Shown here piece by piece: positions 44,948 to 58,539 of a DNA stretch of 64,000 nucleotides (its first letter is position 1; each line of letters opens with the position of its first letter). The stretch covers positions 1,364,001-1,428,000 of the forward strand of contig OZ237736.1 of the NCBI GenBank assembly GCA_965178125.1, given 5' to 3'. The stretch is from Bilabrum cf. latius (Eukaryota). The position numbers were made by a program, and so were the translations under genes. The notes under the pieces were generated by a model, which worked only from the letters and a program-made list of their open reading frames with translations, did not search any database and had not been told where the DNA came from.

Positions 44948-47900
44948 TCACTGGGCTGCCTGTACGGTCACAGTGACGGCGTCTGCATACGCCACGACGT
45001 CCTCATCGTAGTACAGGTATGCCTTGGACGTGGGACCGACAAACCTGCCAATGCCCGCGGCGCTCAGCTGCACAGGCGCCTTCTTGCTCTCGCCGGCGTC
45101 TAGCTCCCTCCAGTACAGCAGCAGCTCCCTCCCGCGCTGCTCCCACGCGTCGATGGTGCCCTGGGCCACGAGTCCCTGCAGCTGGGATGGCTGCAGCTGC
45201 AGGCCAGCGGGGACGCCCACCACAGCGATGGTCATGGGCACCCCCTTGGAGGCGCGCTCGTTGGTGACGGTGACTGTCATCTCCGTGGACCTGCCTTCCG
45301 CCATTGTGGTGTCGGCGAGGTTCACTGCAATGCTCAACTGAGCGGCGTCTGCATCTGCGGAGGCGGGCTTTACTTCTCCCCCTGCTTGGCGTGTTTCAGG
45401 CTGGGGTGCCGAGCGCGAGCGGTACGACACCTTCAACGACCACGGCAACACTGCTTCGGAACCTTGCTGACCGCCGACTGCTCCTCGCTACGTCGATGCG
45501 GACCATGTGTCATCATAGTACTCAATGTAGGTCTACTGCTGCTGCACACGAACGCTAGTGCCAGACAGGCGAGCTCTGAAGACCAGTGCCTCCGGGGACT
45601 GTGCGTCTGCCTGGATGCTCTAGTCGATCGCCTCCAGTAGTGGGCGCTCTTTTAGCAGTACCGGGGCGAGGGGTGAGGACCCTTGTGCCTAGGAACGGGT
45701 CACTACCCCAGGCATTGTGCCCTCCGCAACTGACTTCCCCTTCGAGTCAAACATGAAGAAGCTGGTGCCTGCCACCCGCTTCGCCATCACTGCGTCCAGC
45801 TTCGTAATGGCTTTGAGCGCGAGGACGGTAGCCTGCGTGGTCCCAAACCGGCCTCCCCGGTTCTGAGTCAGGACCCACTGCACCCCTTGCGTGGCCGCTG
45901 TAATAAGCTTCATCGCGTCTTGGGCAGAGCTCGTACCGGGGTAACGCTGTAGAATTTCGCTTGCCTTGATCCAGGCCAGAACGGCAAGCGAGGTCGTCTC
46001 CACGCGCAAACCATCGCCGTCGCTGCAAGTTATTGACGCCACCGCCCCCGGCACGCTGCCTTCGTAGCATGCTGCTGTTGAATCGCTCCCACCGCCACTG
46101 CAGCTAGTCTGCTGTGCATCGAGGAGGGAGAGTGCCATCGCTGTCGCCAGAACGGCCGACTCTTTCCGGGTAGCTGTTTCCACTACGTGCTCAGCTGCTT
46201 CCATGGAAGCCAGTGCCACCAGGGCTGCAAAGTACGGATCGTTGGCATACGTCAAGCTAGCATCTGCAGCGGCTGGCTTCCCCTTGAGTATTGGCCGGCC
46301 GGACCGCTGTGCGGTGCACTGCTTGCTGGTCGTGCTTCTGACGATAGGACGGGACAGCTGCTGGACGGCGTGATCAAGCTCAGCGCGCAGCTCAGTGGCT
46401 AGACCGCGCAGAATATTTTTCTCCCGCAGCATTTTTGAGGGTGACAGCATTGCCCACAGAATGTACGCATCCGTCGTGTGAGGAGGAGCGCGACCGAATG
46501 AATCCAGGGCCTGGCTGTCGCGCTGGAACCCCCCAGAGCCGTCCCTCTTGCTGAGCAGGAAGGATCGAACCCTTTTAAGAAGCGCGGGGTCCACGCCTGA
46601 CCACACGGTTGACATGTCTAGAAACTGCAGCGCGCCGTAGGCAGTCAGCGCTTCGTGGGGACCCGCCCTGCCGCCCTGGCACCCGAACCACTCGAACCCT
46701 CCGGGGTGCCCCTCGCACTCGAACGTGAGCAGCTTCTTGTAGCCCTCTTCTACTAGGGTCTGCGCCTTTAGCTTTATTGCATTCGGCACACTTGGGTGCA
46801 TGTTGAAGTAGTGCATGGCCATCGTCATCGGGTACACGGTGGAGCTGCTCTGCTCGAAGCAGCCGTGCGGTTGCTGAATGAGAGACTCCAGGGCACTCCC
46901 TAGAGTTGCCGCAGGGGACTGGTACAAGGCAAATGCAGCTCGCATGGAGCCAGGGATGACATCGGCTTTGCTTGGGAGCGTCAGTTTGATCTCGTTGTCG
47001 CCCTCGGAGGACAGCACCCCTGACGCGTGCTCCTCTCTCAGGAAGCCGGAAGATTCCACCTTGAAAGAGCCCTCCCACGCGTCTTGGTGTCCGCTGATAT
47101 GAGCGGCCTTCTTGTTTGTTGACTTTGTTTGGCTCGCTCTTGCCCCTGGAGTCGGTGTTGGGAGCGGGTTGCAGCCTCGACAAGCAGCGATGCGGATCGT
47201 CTGGACCCCCACCTTGGCTGGCGTGGGCTGCCCAGCGTACTTGCGAGCGTTGCCCTTCCATACTCTTTGACCAGAGCTTCGCCCCGGATTCTGGGTGCTA
47301 ATGTCTGCAACTGGGCGCTCCGGACGTGGAAGCAATCCGTGCAAAGGGAGAAAGGCGCGATCTCCGGAAGAGCCGCGCGTCAGGTTCATCGCAGTCAGCA
47401 GTGCAAAGGCGGCTTCTGGCTCATCCGAAGCCACAGTGTCCGGCACAAACTCCTTCTTAGCCGGACGGGCAATCACGTTCCATTCAGTTGGCGAAATAGT
47501 GCCGGCGCTGCCGGAGCTGCGAATAAAGTCGCTTGCCTACTTCCAGCTCATCGGAGCTGCGTACGGTCCCATATCTACCCGCACACTCACAGACGCACGA
47601 TCCCGAGCGGGCTCCGAGAGCCCCACCAAGACCGGCAGGAGGTACTGGTCCTCGCTCCCGATCACAGGGAGGGGCGCCACGGCCAGTGACAGAGGTTTGG
47701 CGGTGCGGATGTACCCCGTCATCGCGCCAAGCCCCGTGTGCTCGCCGCCCAGCTGCAGTGTGGCAGAGCCCCGGTTGCGCTGAGCCAGCTTCGCGGGCGA
47801 GTAGGCAGATTGATCGAGAGAGGAGTGCGAAACGACGTCCACCTCGATGCGAAACCGCCCGATGGTGTCGGGCAGGCCGAGCTCTAGCTGCGCGAACCCG

Positions 47901-50900
47901 GTTGATGTTGCGACAGAACCGAACGCGACAGTCTTGGCGAAGTCGGTGCGCACGTCTGTAGAAGCGCCATTCGTGTTGGTCACCTGCCTGTGCGCGAACA
48001 CTCGCTGGAAAAAGTGGGCTCGTCGCTGCTGGCGATGGCGCTCGTTGTAAGATCGCTTGTCCACGACACTCGGGGCGGGTCTCGCTGGTGGGACGGCAGC
48101 AACGTCGTGGACCGCTCCGAAGTCAGCCGCGCCCTCCATTGCTGGGGCCGCCCCTGCTGCCATTGCCATTTCAGGAGCTCCGTCTGCCATGGCCATCATC
48201 GGGACCGGGGCACCGAAGGCTCTGTCCATGATCTCACCTCGAATTGCATGCATGCGCTACATCTTCATGTTCGCGGCACCCCCACCTCCGCGAGCCATCA
48301 CTAAGCCAGCTGGTCTTACTCCAGTTGCCGATGCGTACATGATGTCTGGCGAGTAGCCCGATACGCTCGAAGTGGGCGCAAGACACACCGCTCTTGCAAT
48401 TTTCTCAGCATCCTTCCTGTCCTTGGAAGGAACAAACAACCGCTTCCAGTGCAAGCTAGCTAGCGTCTGCTGGCTGCTCTGCGAGTCCGCTCCCTCATTT
48501 CCATGGATGCCACGTGAATCGCCTTCACCGGCTGATTCCGGCGCACTGCCGGCATGAGGTCCAGCCCTGGATATCCCAGGCATTCCGATGGGACCTCCTT
48601 CGTTGCCATCGCCCTAGCCAGCTGCCTCCTCCGCCAGTGCATCGCGATCGATCCCAATGTCTGCGCCACGACCGGCAGCGAACACGGGGCGACCACCAGG
48701 CGTCCCTCCGCCGCGCTGCTGCGGTATGAACCGAGGCCCGCTAGGGGCGAGCGGTGACAGCGCGCCTGCCAGATCCGTGTACACGAACCTGCGCCAGCCC
48801 TGGGTGCCCAGCAGCAAGTCGGTGGCGTCAGCAGGCGACGCACCCCGATCTCCTTCCTCTCCCGTGGCTGCCTGCCTCTCGGACACGCCGCTGCCAGGGA
48901 ACACACTCGCAAGATAGGCGCCTGCGTCGGGGAGGGGAGCGCCGAACGGCTTGCCGCTCAGGGCGTCTACCTCGCTCTCGAGCAGCAGCTGGGCCATGGG
49001 CCGGGGCTGCCACCGGCGGCGCTGCACCCGCGAGGTCTCCTGGTCATCGACCACGCGGACCAAGATGAGGGAAGGCGTGTCCTGTCCTCTAGCGCGTGCA
49101 CGCACCGAGAGACTGACGGTGGCGCCAGGTGCAAATGCCGGTGGCTCGTTGCGCGCGGCACCGGCCGGGCCTAGCTGTCCGACGGCAGGCATAGACTCCC
49201 ACGAGCTGTGGCTGATCGCATCGGTGTTCTTCGTGGCGAGCCCGTCGTAGCTCGTGGCGTATTGCATCTGTGACGTCTCTAGCTTGGTAGGCGCGTCCAT
49301 CTCGGTCACTCGCGCGTCGAGCTGGACTCGGCTGGATTCCGGCGGGGCCCGGAATACCAGCCTCTCGGCGAGCGGTGTCCCCGTCTCGCTCTCTACCACC
49401 GTGATGCGCAGCACGCCGACCGCTGAAGAACTCAGTTGGGGCACCAGGTTCACTGCAGTGCTTATGGGCGCCGTGCCCTGTAGCGTCACACCGACCTGGC
49501 ACAGCATCTGCTCCTTCTTGTACATTCCGACAGTCACGTGCCCGCGGTGCGTGGAAGCCAGCAGCACCTTGACCGCGCTTTCTCCGTCATACATGCTCTC
49601 AGGTGCAAACATGGACACGCCGAACGGACGGGGTGCCTGCAGGGGCAGAGTCCGAGCCGCAGAGTCGGGCTCCAGAATCCTGAGCTCGAGCTGGCCCGCA
49701 CCTGAGGGAACAACGAACACCGGAGTCACGCCACGGCCTTCGTGCTGCGTTCGTGCAGCCACGATACATCCGCTCGGAGCCGCCACGCCTCCCTCCCCTG
49801 CTCCCCGCACGCCGCCGCGGGAGGAGGGTCCCGCGGCGCCATCTCCGCCGTCCCTGCCCAGCGACAGGAACTCGCCCAGCGAGCCCATGACACCGCCTCC
49901 GAACGAGCCGCTGGGAGCATTGCCCTGCAGCGGCGCTTGGTCCCCGGCGGAGCACACCGCCACTGTGACGTCAGCCGGGTCACCACTCGGCAGAGCAGCT
50001 TCGAAGTACACGCGGCCCGGCAGGCCGGCCACCAGCTCTCCTCCCTCGGGGTATGCCAGCACGTCGATGGCGCGGGTCGCGATGGGAATCGCGCGAGAGG
50101 ACGACTCTACCTGATTCGTTCCGCCCGCCGCCCTGTCCTGGTCGAAGACCGTTACGCTCAGCGTGTCTGCGCCACTGCCGGCCCCGGGTCCGAGGGGCGC
50201 GGGCAAGGTGAACTCGAGCGCGCCCCTGCCAGCCGCATCCAGCACCACCTCTCCCTGCCACACCTCCTGCCCGCCCACGCGCGCACTACCGCTGACTCGC
50301 GCCCGCCAGGCAGGCGCGCCCGAGGACCTGGTGGCCTTGATCGATGCGCGCACGGCGTCCCCCTGGCCGTAGGCGTCCTTGTCGAATGCGAGCTCAACGG
50401 ACATGAGGCGGTCCCTGCTCGCGAGAATCACGATTCGCCTCTCCACGGAGGGCATGGTTACCCGCATCGCTTGCGCGCTTGCGCCGCCCTGCCCTGCAGG
50501 CTGCTGCACCACTACTCCCTGGGCGTCTGCTAAGGTGACCGCGATCGTGTACTCGCCGCCCGGCTGGGAGTCGCTGGTCTGCCACGCAGCGACGAGAACT
50601 CCGTCGGTCGATTGCAGCGATACCTTGCTTGGTGTGTTGCCCACATTTCCTCTGCCCGAGTTCCTTGGATTCGAGCTACCAGGGGTGCCATCGGCTTGCA
50701 TCGTGTCCGAGAAGACCACACCACCGGCCGCATCCTTCACCTGCACGGCGAGGCGCGGCATCTTCACCATCGGAGGGTAACCCCCAGACTCAATGGCGCT
50801 GCTGGCGCGAGGCGGTGCAAATGTTATCGGATCCACACACTGCACACGGATGAGCACAGCCTGCCCGGGCTGATACTGGTCAAGGTCCGTGCTGATGTGA

Positions 50901-50947
50901 GCTTGAAGCCGAAGGGACTGCACAGACTCTTTGATCATCTCCTGCAA
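44948..50947 (-). CDS. Alpha-2-macroglobulin-like thioester-containing protein (about 2000 aa; 5' end unresolved)
   Basis: MG-domain motifs ISTDLDQYQPGQAV and AYPEGGELVAG; VRTDFAKT..LPDTIGRFRI; thioester PHGCFEQ; GGFEWFG; HEALTAYG; GRFGTTQATVLAL; C-terminal SKAYLYY. Five ORF-track pieces are joined in frame by 7 TAGs. Ends at TGA. Confidence 0.88.
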
Positions 50948-51463
50948 ATATCTAGGGTGGAATCAGACTGGAATTACAGTATGCTGTGCCACGACAAACG
51001 GGACCTCGGTCCTTCCGAGTCCGAAAGATGTGTTGCTCCAAAAACTGCTTCGGAATGATCCACCAACGTGTGCTCTCACCGCCGCGTCGTGATTCGACTC
51101 AGACTCGAAAGTCACTGATTTCCCAAGCAATTGGTCCAGTGGCGGACCAGGTCTGCACGAGAGAATGGAAAGGTGCTCCAAATGAACATGCTCCAATGCT
51201 ACAAGATAGCCTACAATTATTCCGAGGTGCGTTGGCTTACCGCGGGGATACTAGAGACACTGTACGGAAAACGGCCATCGTCCCCAAAAGTGTTACGAGT
51301 AAGGATGACCCTATGGTCCACACAAGGCATTTCCGAGAGACCATTGTAAACAAAAATGGGGCGTTTTAAACCGAAAAATTTGGATGAACACAAGTGCTCG
51401 CTACTGCTAAAATTTAACCGGATGTATTGCAAGATGCAACACTTCACTTTCCTCGGTAGAGAA

Positions 51464-54181
51464 ATGGGAAATGCGGACTCAAGACCCGGAAGTGTACCAA
51501 TTATAGCTAGGCCTAGCCTTCCAGGAGGAAGTAGCAGGCCTCCAGTTCCGTCTACCTCCGAGATAGCGAAGCGATTGCGAGCAGCACTCGTAGGGCAAGA
51601 TCGGTCGTACTGGCTGAGAACGTATCAAGGAGTCATGTTAGGCAATGAAGTAGTAGATTGTTTGGCTGCGCAAGATTGGGCAGAGTCGCGCGAGCATGCC
51701 CTCACGGTGGGGCAGCGGCTGGTGGATGGAGGTGAGATTGGAAGAAGCGTCACACAGCAGCATTATCTGCCGACGCACGAAGCCAATGAAGGCGATCGAT
51801 TCTATCAAACTCGGTTGTTGATTACATGTGTTGCTATTGCTGTGTACGCTATTGCATAGAGGGCAAGTCTGTTTGCGGGTCACACCGTTCATTCCGCCTC
51901 TCGAAGGCGACGTGGCAAGCAGTGCGTCGCCGCATTTCCGTACGGCTCACGTGCCAGGCCTTTGAATTGACCTTTTGTGGCTCGCATGTAGGATCCCCAG
52001 CGATAGGCATGTGTTTTCATCTCATTGCAACGTTGCCGAGCAACGATCCGGGATGCGAGATCCATAACCAGTCCAAACACATACCCTCTCTCCGCCGCAG
52101 GATTCATTCACCACGTAACGCACGACCACCCGTTAAAGGACAAGCCCTTTTTCTACCGACATGCCGGCGCGGTGGCCCCTGATGACCCGCGCCTCAACGC
52201 CGTGGAGCGGGCGGCGATGGAGTACGACCTGATCGTGATCGGCGCGGGTTCCGCTGGGCTCACGGCCGCCAGCTTCGCCGCAAAGATGGGTGCCCGCGTG
52301 GCGATGGTGGAGAAGAACCGCCTGGGAGGGGACTGCACATGGACTGGCTGCGTACCGTCCAAGACCCTCCTGCACATCGCCAAGGTCGCGAGGACTGCCC
52401 GGCGGGCGTCCACCATGGGCCTGGGCGTCTCGGTGGACGAGGGGGCGGTCAAAGTGGACATGAAGAAGGTCCGCGACAAGATCATGTCTGTGATCCACGA
52501 GATATACGCGGAAGAGACTCCGGAGCAGATCGCCCACAAGGGGACGGGCGTTGACGTGGTTCTGGGCGAGGCGCGGTTCACGGGGCCGCACTCCGTGGTG
52601 GTCAAGCTCAAGAACCCGGAGCAGCCCATCGTGAGCGCGTGTGCATCCAAAGTTGGAGGGAGCGCTGCTGCTGCGGCGTGCAGCGGTGGCGAGGCAGCCG
52701 AGGGAACAGCCTCCTCCAAGGAGCCAGGCAACCCGGCATCAGCCGCAGCAGCGGGCCGGTCGGGAGCAACGACGGGTAGTGCAGGGGGTGGGGCCGGGGC
52801 CGGCCAGGCGCCGCCCAAAGCTGAGACAGGCCCCGACGGAAAGGTGCTGCCCGGCCACAGGCATCTGACAGGTAAAGCTTTTGTCATCGCAACTGGGGCC
52901 GTGCCATCCATCCCCGCATTGGCTGGCCTCGGCGAGGTCGAGTACCACACGTACGAGTCCATCTTTGAGAACGACAGGCTGCCCGAGCGCCTGTGCGTGC
53001 TCGGAACTGGACCCATCGGGTGCGAGCTGGCGCAGGCGTACGCCTATTTGGGCAGCAAGGTGACGATATTCGGCCGTCACCTGATGGGCAAAGAGCACGA
53101 GGGCGCGAGGGACGTGATCCAAAGGGTCTTCGAGAGAGAGGGCATCGAATGGGTGCCTGAGAGGCCCACCCGGGTGGACAACTTGGAGAAGCTGGGGAGT
53201 GCGGGCGCAGGCGATGGAGCTGGCGCCGTCAGTGTAACGGGAAGCGGGCAAGGGCAGTTGCCGTCACAAACAGGAGAGGAAGGGGGAGGCAAGGCGCCGT
53301 ACAAGCCGACCATCGCGGTGACCGCCGGCCGACGGCGAGTCGTCTGCGACATGCTTCTAGTGTGCACGGGCCGCCGCAGCAAGGTGGACGGCATGGAGCT
53401 AGGCAAGGCCGGGGTCACGCTCAGCGCGAAGGGCGGCCTCAAGGTGAGCGATTACCTGGCGACCAACGCGCCGCACGTGTTTGCGTGCGGGGACTGCATC
53501 GAGGACATGCCGCAGTTCACGCATCTCGCTGGCAAGCAGGGCTTCGTGGCCGCCCGCAATGCGTTGTTCCCTGGGCGCTCCGTGGGCTGGAACGAGACTG
53601 TGGTGAACCCCCGCTGCACCTTCACAGACCCAGAGGTGGCATCGGTGGGCCTGTAGCCCCAGCAGGCGGAGGCCTTGCACGGGGCAGAAGACGTCATGAC
53701 CGTGCGGCGGGCCAACGGGAAGATCGACCGGTCCCTGTGTGACGACGACGTCCCTGGGTTCGTGGAGATGACGGTGAAGCGGTCGGACGGCTCCATCCTC
53801 GGGGCGACGATCGTGGGGCAGCGGGCGGGCGAGCTGGTGAGTGAGGTTGCACTGGCGATGACCAAAGGTCTCAAGGCGGCGGACATCGCGCTGACAATCC
53901 ACGCCTACCCCACGCACAGCATCGGCCTGCAGCAGGTCGCGAGCGAGATAGGGAGCGCGGTGTTCAGGGCAAGCACAGTGGGCCGCATCGCATCGAGCCT
54001 CTACTCCAAGGCAAGGATCGTGAGGGACCACTCCTCCCTTGCCGTGGACGAGCACGACGAGGGCCTCGCGCAGGCAGTGCCCATGCCGCTGCTCGAGTCC
54101 ACCGAGGAGAAGGCAACCGCCGCCGACGCAGGGGGTGCGAGCAGTGGCGCTGGTGCGGGCCTGGGGAGCAGCGGGCCCTGA
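51464..54181 (+). CDS. DEP domain + class I pyridine nucleotide-disulfide oxidoreductase (DLD/MerA-like) fusion; exons 51464-51731 and 52101-54181
   Basis: MGNADS start. DEP motif QDRSYWLRTYQGVMLGNEVVDCL..SREHALTVGQRLVDG|GFIHHV..HPLKDKPFFYR. Oxidoreductase motifs YDLIVIGAGSAG, GGDCTWTGCVPSK, GTGPIGCE, FTDPEVASVGL* and IHAYPT. TAG at 53654. Ends at TGA. Confidence 0.88.
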
Positions 54182-54242
54182 GTGGGCGCTGCACCGGCTG
54201 CTGAAGCCGATAGGAAGTCTAGTACTTCGGAAGGAGCTTTGT

Positions 54243-55709
54243 ATGGGGCGGTACGGCAGCGGCCAACCGGACCGCCGGCGTTCATCCAAATTCAAAACCG
54301 GAACCGCCGCCAGCGAAAGCCCAAAAACTTTCACTCCAAAAATGCGAGCCGTCAGCAATGCTTCTCGAATAACCATGCAGCTTAGCGAATCTTGGCTGAG
54401 CAAAGCACTTGCTTCGCGCCGTGCGGTACTCCCAGATGGAGCTCTCGCAACGCAAGAGCACCTCGAATCGTTCATGCAGGCATGCTCAGAACGATACGGA
54501 ATCGCTCGGCTGGATTCAGCCGAACGCTCTAATGTATCAATACAACTTGCTTATAAGGAAGTTAACGAAGAAATCGGGGGGCCCCTGCAGCTTGAGCGGG
54601 GGATCGTTGGTCAGTCGATACGTCCAGTGGTGTTGCCTGCGGCCCGGCTTGTGCACCGCATCAACGGAAACGTGTCGTCCGTTGACGCATGTCTGGACAG
54701 TAAGAGGCTAAAGTCAAGAGTAAGATCCATGATCCACCACATGCCGGGCCTGCTCAAGGCGATTGGCTGGAGGAAAGGCAGGGATAGAACTGTGCTAGAT
54801 TGCACCGGCGGGCTGGGGCACGATGCCGTTGCCATGGCAAGCTTTGGAGGGACGCGGGTGGTTACTGTAGAGCGACACCCTGCTGTTGCTGCTATTTTAG
54901 ATATCGGACTCCAGCGGATGCAGCACGACAAGGACTTTGTGGACATTTTCGACGACGGCCGTCTGCAGCTGCTGCACGATGACGCGAGGCAGGTGCTCCG
55001 GAGGATGCTCAGGCGAGAGCTGTCGGGGAAAGCGACCCAGGCTGCTCGACCGGACATAGTCTACATGGATCCGATGTTTTCGCGCGATTCAAACAACGGC
55101 AAGGCCGGTCGCGCAGCTCCCAAGTCGGGGTCCCAGATCCTGGGCGCAATCGTGCGGTCCGACGAGCAGCTGCCTGGCAGTGGCAGCGGCGGCGCCTCCG
55201 GGGCACGGGCGCGAGCAGTCGTGTTGCAAGAGGAAGCGGAACAGCTCGAGCTCCTCCGCCTGGCCCTGCTCGTCGCCAAAGAGCGTGTCGTGGTGAAGAC
55301 CCACAAGAGCCTGCCAGCTATCAGCGGGCACCTGGAGCCGATCGATGGATCCAGGTCACAGGGGGATGCCGACAGGATTGAAAATACAGTCGGTATCGAT
55401 AGCACTTTGCATGGTGACCTTACAAACCCGCAGCACCTGGTGGCCCGGACCGATGCCTTGCAGCAGATGCAGAGCAAGGCGCCCGTGCCTCGACCCATGT
55501 TTTCCGTGCCGGGCAAGTCTGTGCGCTTCGACGTGTTTCGAACGCACAGCAAGTCCAAGCGAAAAGAGCTGCTGCAGGTAGTCAGAGACACTGGGATGCT
55601 GGCACCGTCGTGGGCCGCCTGGGCTGGGAACGCGGCGGGCGCGCAGCTGACCGACGGCGGCGGGCGCATGGATCCTGGGGAGGATTCGATTGACTTTGGT
55701 CGATAGTGA
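54243..55709 (+). CDS. rsmJ: RsmJ (YhiQ)-like SSU rRNA m2G methyltransferase; start codon uncertain
   Basis: VLDCTGGLGHDA, VERHPAVAAILDIGL, PDIVYMDPMF, AKERVVVK and RFDVF. Ends CGA-TAG-TGA. Confidence 0.8.
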
Positions 55710-55769
55710 TACCTTGCACAGCGATTTTATTCCCTACTACGAATGCGTGGTCATGACCTTGCCACCAAT

Positions 55770-57390
55770 TCACCTTGCATCCCCTGCCTTGCCGTTCGAT
55801 TTGCCAGCGGACCCGAGCAGCCACCCCTGCAGCCCCTTGAGCTTGGGTGCCTCCGACCGCCCAGCCGCCCGCTAGGCTTTGCCAGCCGGTGCTACCCTGC
55901 GCCGTTGCGCCTCGGGTGTGCCTTTCTCGACGTCTAACTCACCCCGTTGCTTCCGCTTGTCGCCAATCTTGCCGCCAGATGCAGCGGCCGTGCCATCCAG
56001 CTGGGTCGAGCCCCCCTCTGCATCGCTGGGCGCACCAGATCCATGCGATCCAGAGGTGGTTCCTTCGTCCTATTGCTATTTCTAGCGCTGCCGTGCCACG
56101 TGAAACATCATACCGATGTTTCCGCTGCTGGATCGAGAGGCAGGGCGCCGCTTGCTGCCACTGGCGGCCTCGCCAGAGCCAGGGCTGCCAATCGGCGCAG
56201 GCGTACCACCGGCAGATGTGGGCGGGAAACAGCTGCGCCACGGAAGCAGCGCCTTGTACCTAACGTCTACTGCCTTGGCTGCCGCAACAGCGGCGTCGAC
56301 TCTGGCAATGTACCGCTACAAGCCCCTGCCGTACTTGCCCCCTAGCCCTGCCTTGGTCATCATGCGCACAGTGCCTGTGATTGAGCGCTCGGCAAACCTG
56401 GACCGTCCCTTTCCTTGGTCGTCAGCCAGACCCAAGCACCAGAGGATACCGGCATAACCGTTCGGGTCGCGGCCGTCCAGCTGCCACTTGTCGTTTAGCC
56501 TGACTCCCCACTCAAACGCAGTCCTCGCGTCTGGGGTCCACAGCAGCAGTGCCTTCATCCAGTACATGCGCATCCTCCCGTGCATCCTGCCGGTGGCCAC
56601 AAGCTCTCGCTGGGCCGCGTTCCAGTATTCGTCCCCCGTCTGTGCCTTTTCTAGCTAATCGTACGTGTAGAGCACCGGCCTCGCGTCGACCTCGTGGTTC
56701 TCAAGCGTGTGCCGGGCCCAACCAGGCAACGCTTCGTATCTGTCGTACACGTCGGGAGCTCTGAGAACTAGGTTAATCGACTTCTCCCGCCAGACAAACA
56801 CCTCTTGGAGCCACTTGTCGCAATCAACTTGCGATGGGCCGGGGTCTGCAAGACTGCGGTGCCCAGGCCCAGCTGCCTTGGTACCGGCAGCAGCTTGCGA
56901 TCGGCCTCGTCCTTCCCTCTGGGCTGCCCTTGCCTGCATGATTCGCAGCGCTGGGATGATCTCGAGAGGAGAGAGGTGCCCAAAGTGAAGGTATGGGCTG
57001 ATGCAGCTCGTGTGGCCCTCCCCTGGGTCGTTTCGGTGGGCAGCATACCCTGCCAGGCCCCTGCCTCGCTGCACCGCTGTCGCGATCGAAGCGTCCCGCA
57101 CCTGCTCCTTGCTGGGGTCGCCGGGTTCGCTACCAGCTAGAGAGGCAAGGCTGCGTCGAGACCTCGGTGCCATCAAGAAAGCTCGTAGCCACGCCCTGCC
57201 GTGTCTGTACCCTCCTCGAAATGCATGCTTGGCGGCAGGCACGTTCGTGTCAACCTGGGGTAGAACCCAGTTCATGATTGCAGATACCACCGCTTCCCAT
57301 TCGTCCCAGCGCCAGTCAAGCCAGGCCTGCGGGTTAGACGGTTCTGTCAGGGTAGCCTATGGTGGCGCCTTTTGCTGCTTCTCTAAGCTA

Positions 57391-57434
<44 letters not shown>

Positions 57435-58391
57435 ACTGCTCTCAATTGCCGCTGACTGTTGAGCGTCATTGTCACTTGCTGAGTGCCACTGGAGCCCCTG
57501 CATCAGCAAGTCAGGGTGCTGTCGGGCTGCGGGTGCACCACTGGCAGAGCCTGGCGGTGTGCTGCTGGCAGCTGCAGGTCTGCTGGCTGCTGGTGCTGCC
57601 GATGCGCGTGGCAAACTGCTGTCACCTGCTCCATCGCTTGCGCTCAAATGCAGAGCTGCATGATAACTTAACCAGTTTACATCAGCGCAAACCCACCTGC
57701 ACGAACTACAAGCAGCAGACTGCTTGTCCCCTGCCTAGTCGCCGGTGCCCACGCCTGTTACAACGCCGGCCGAACCGACAGCTTCAGCTGGAGGTAGCCG
57801 TGTGCTAGTTCTTGCATGGGCGGATAAGCTGCAGTGCTGCGGGGCCCAACCTGTAGGCATCACTCGATTAAGGCCGCGGAATAACTTGGTGCGCAGCGAG
57901 GCCGCTGTAGGCTCGAGGCGGAGGGATGCAGCGTCGGTCGGGCATGCCACGTCACCCTCCACCTCCCAGACATGTCTGGCAAATTCAGCGCCTCGAAGCA
58001 GCCTCCTCCACGCTCGGATAGTTCGCTGATATCCCGCATCCATAACCAACTCGTGTGCTTGTATTGCCTTGCATAGGGCAGGTACCACAGCTGCCGGGTA
58101 CCCGTGAAGTACGATGCATCGGATTCCTCTACTTCGCAGGGACAAGGCGGCATCTGCAAGACCTTCGGCCAAGAATTGAAATGATCGTTCGTTTGCCCCG
58201 GGATACCTTGGCTCGATGCAGAAGCATACGAACAGCCTGAGTTTCTGATCGGATGCTAGCTTGATTGCTAGCTCAAGCGCTGGATTCACGACTGCTCGGA
58301 CAGATCTTTGCATCCAGTAGAGCACCGATCGAGGCGCATCCTTAGGTTTGAATGATGATGAGACGTCGCGCCTGGTCCTGCCTTGCCACAT
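55770..58391 (-). CDS. phr: Class II CPD photolyase with low-complexity insertions and a C-terminal extension
   Basis: VLYWMQRSVRAVVNPAL, ISPYLHFGHLS, TGDEYWNAAQREL..GRMHGRMRMYW and LNDKWQLDGRDPNGY. Single frame through TAGs at 57735, 57357, 56655, 56316, 56082, 56076, 56070 and about 55873. Ends at TGA. Start uncertain. Confidence 0.9.
57393..57440. repeat. (CTG/CTA)n microsatellite encoding poly-Ser in the photolyase
   Basis: Run of gctgctgct... in the sequence. Confidence 0.85.
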
Positions 58392-58539
58392 CCGAACTGG
58401 AGATAGTGTTTGCACTTCTATTCACGGTTGCAGCACGGAACTGCAACTGCGTTTAGCCCGGGCCCCAGGCGGTCTTGGACTGCAATACACTACACTCACA
58501 AGCAAAAGCTAAAGCAATGACAAACATAAAGACATGCCG

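Noticed and set aside
54179-54385. Sec or read-through at the TGA ending the DEP-reductase (the frame stays open afterwards)
   Set aside because: No Cys/Sec redox motif context, no recognisable SECIS, and it would overlap the RsmJ gene.
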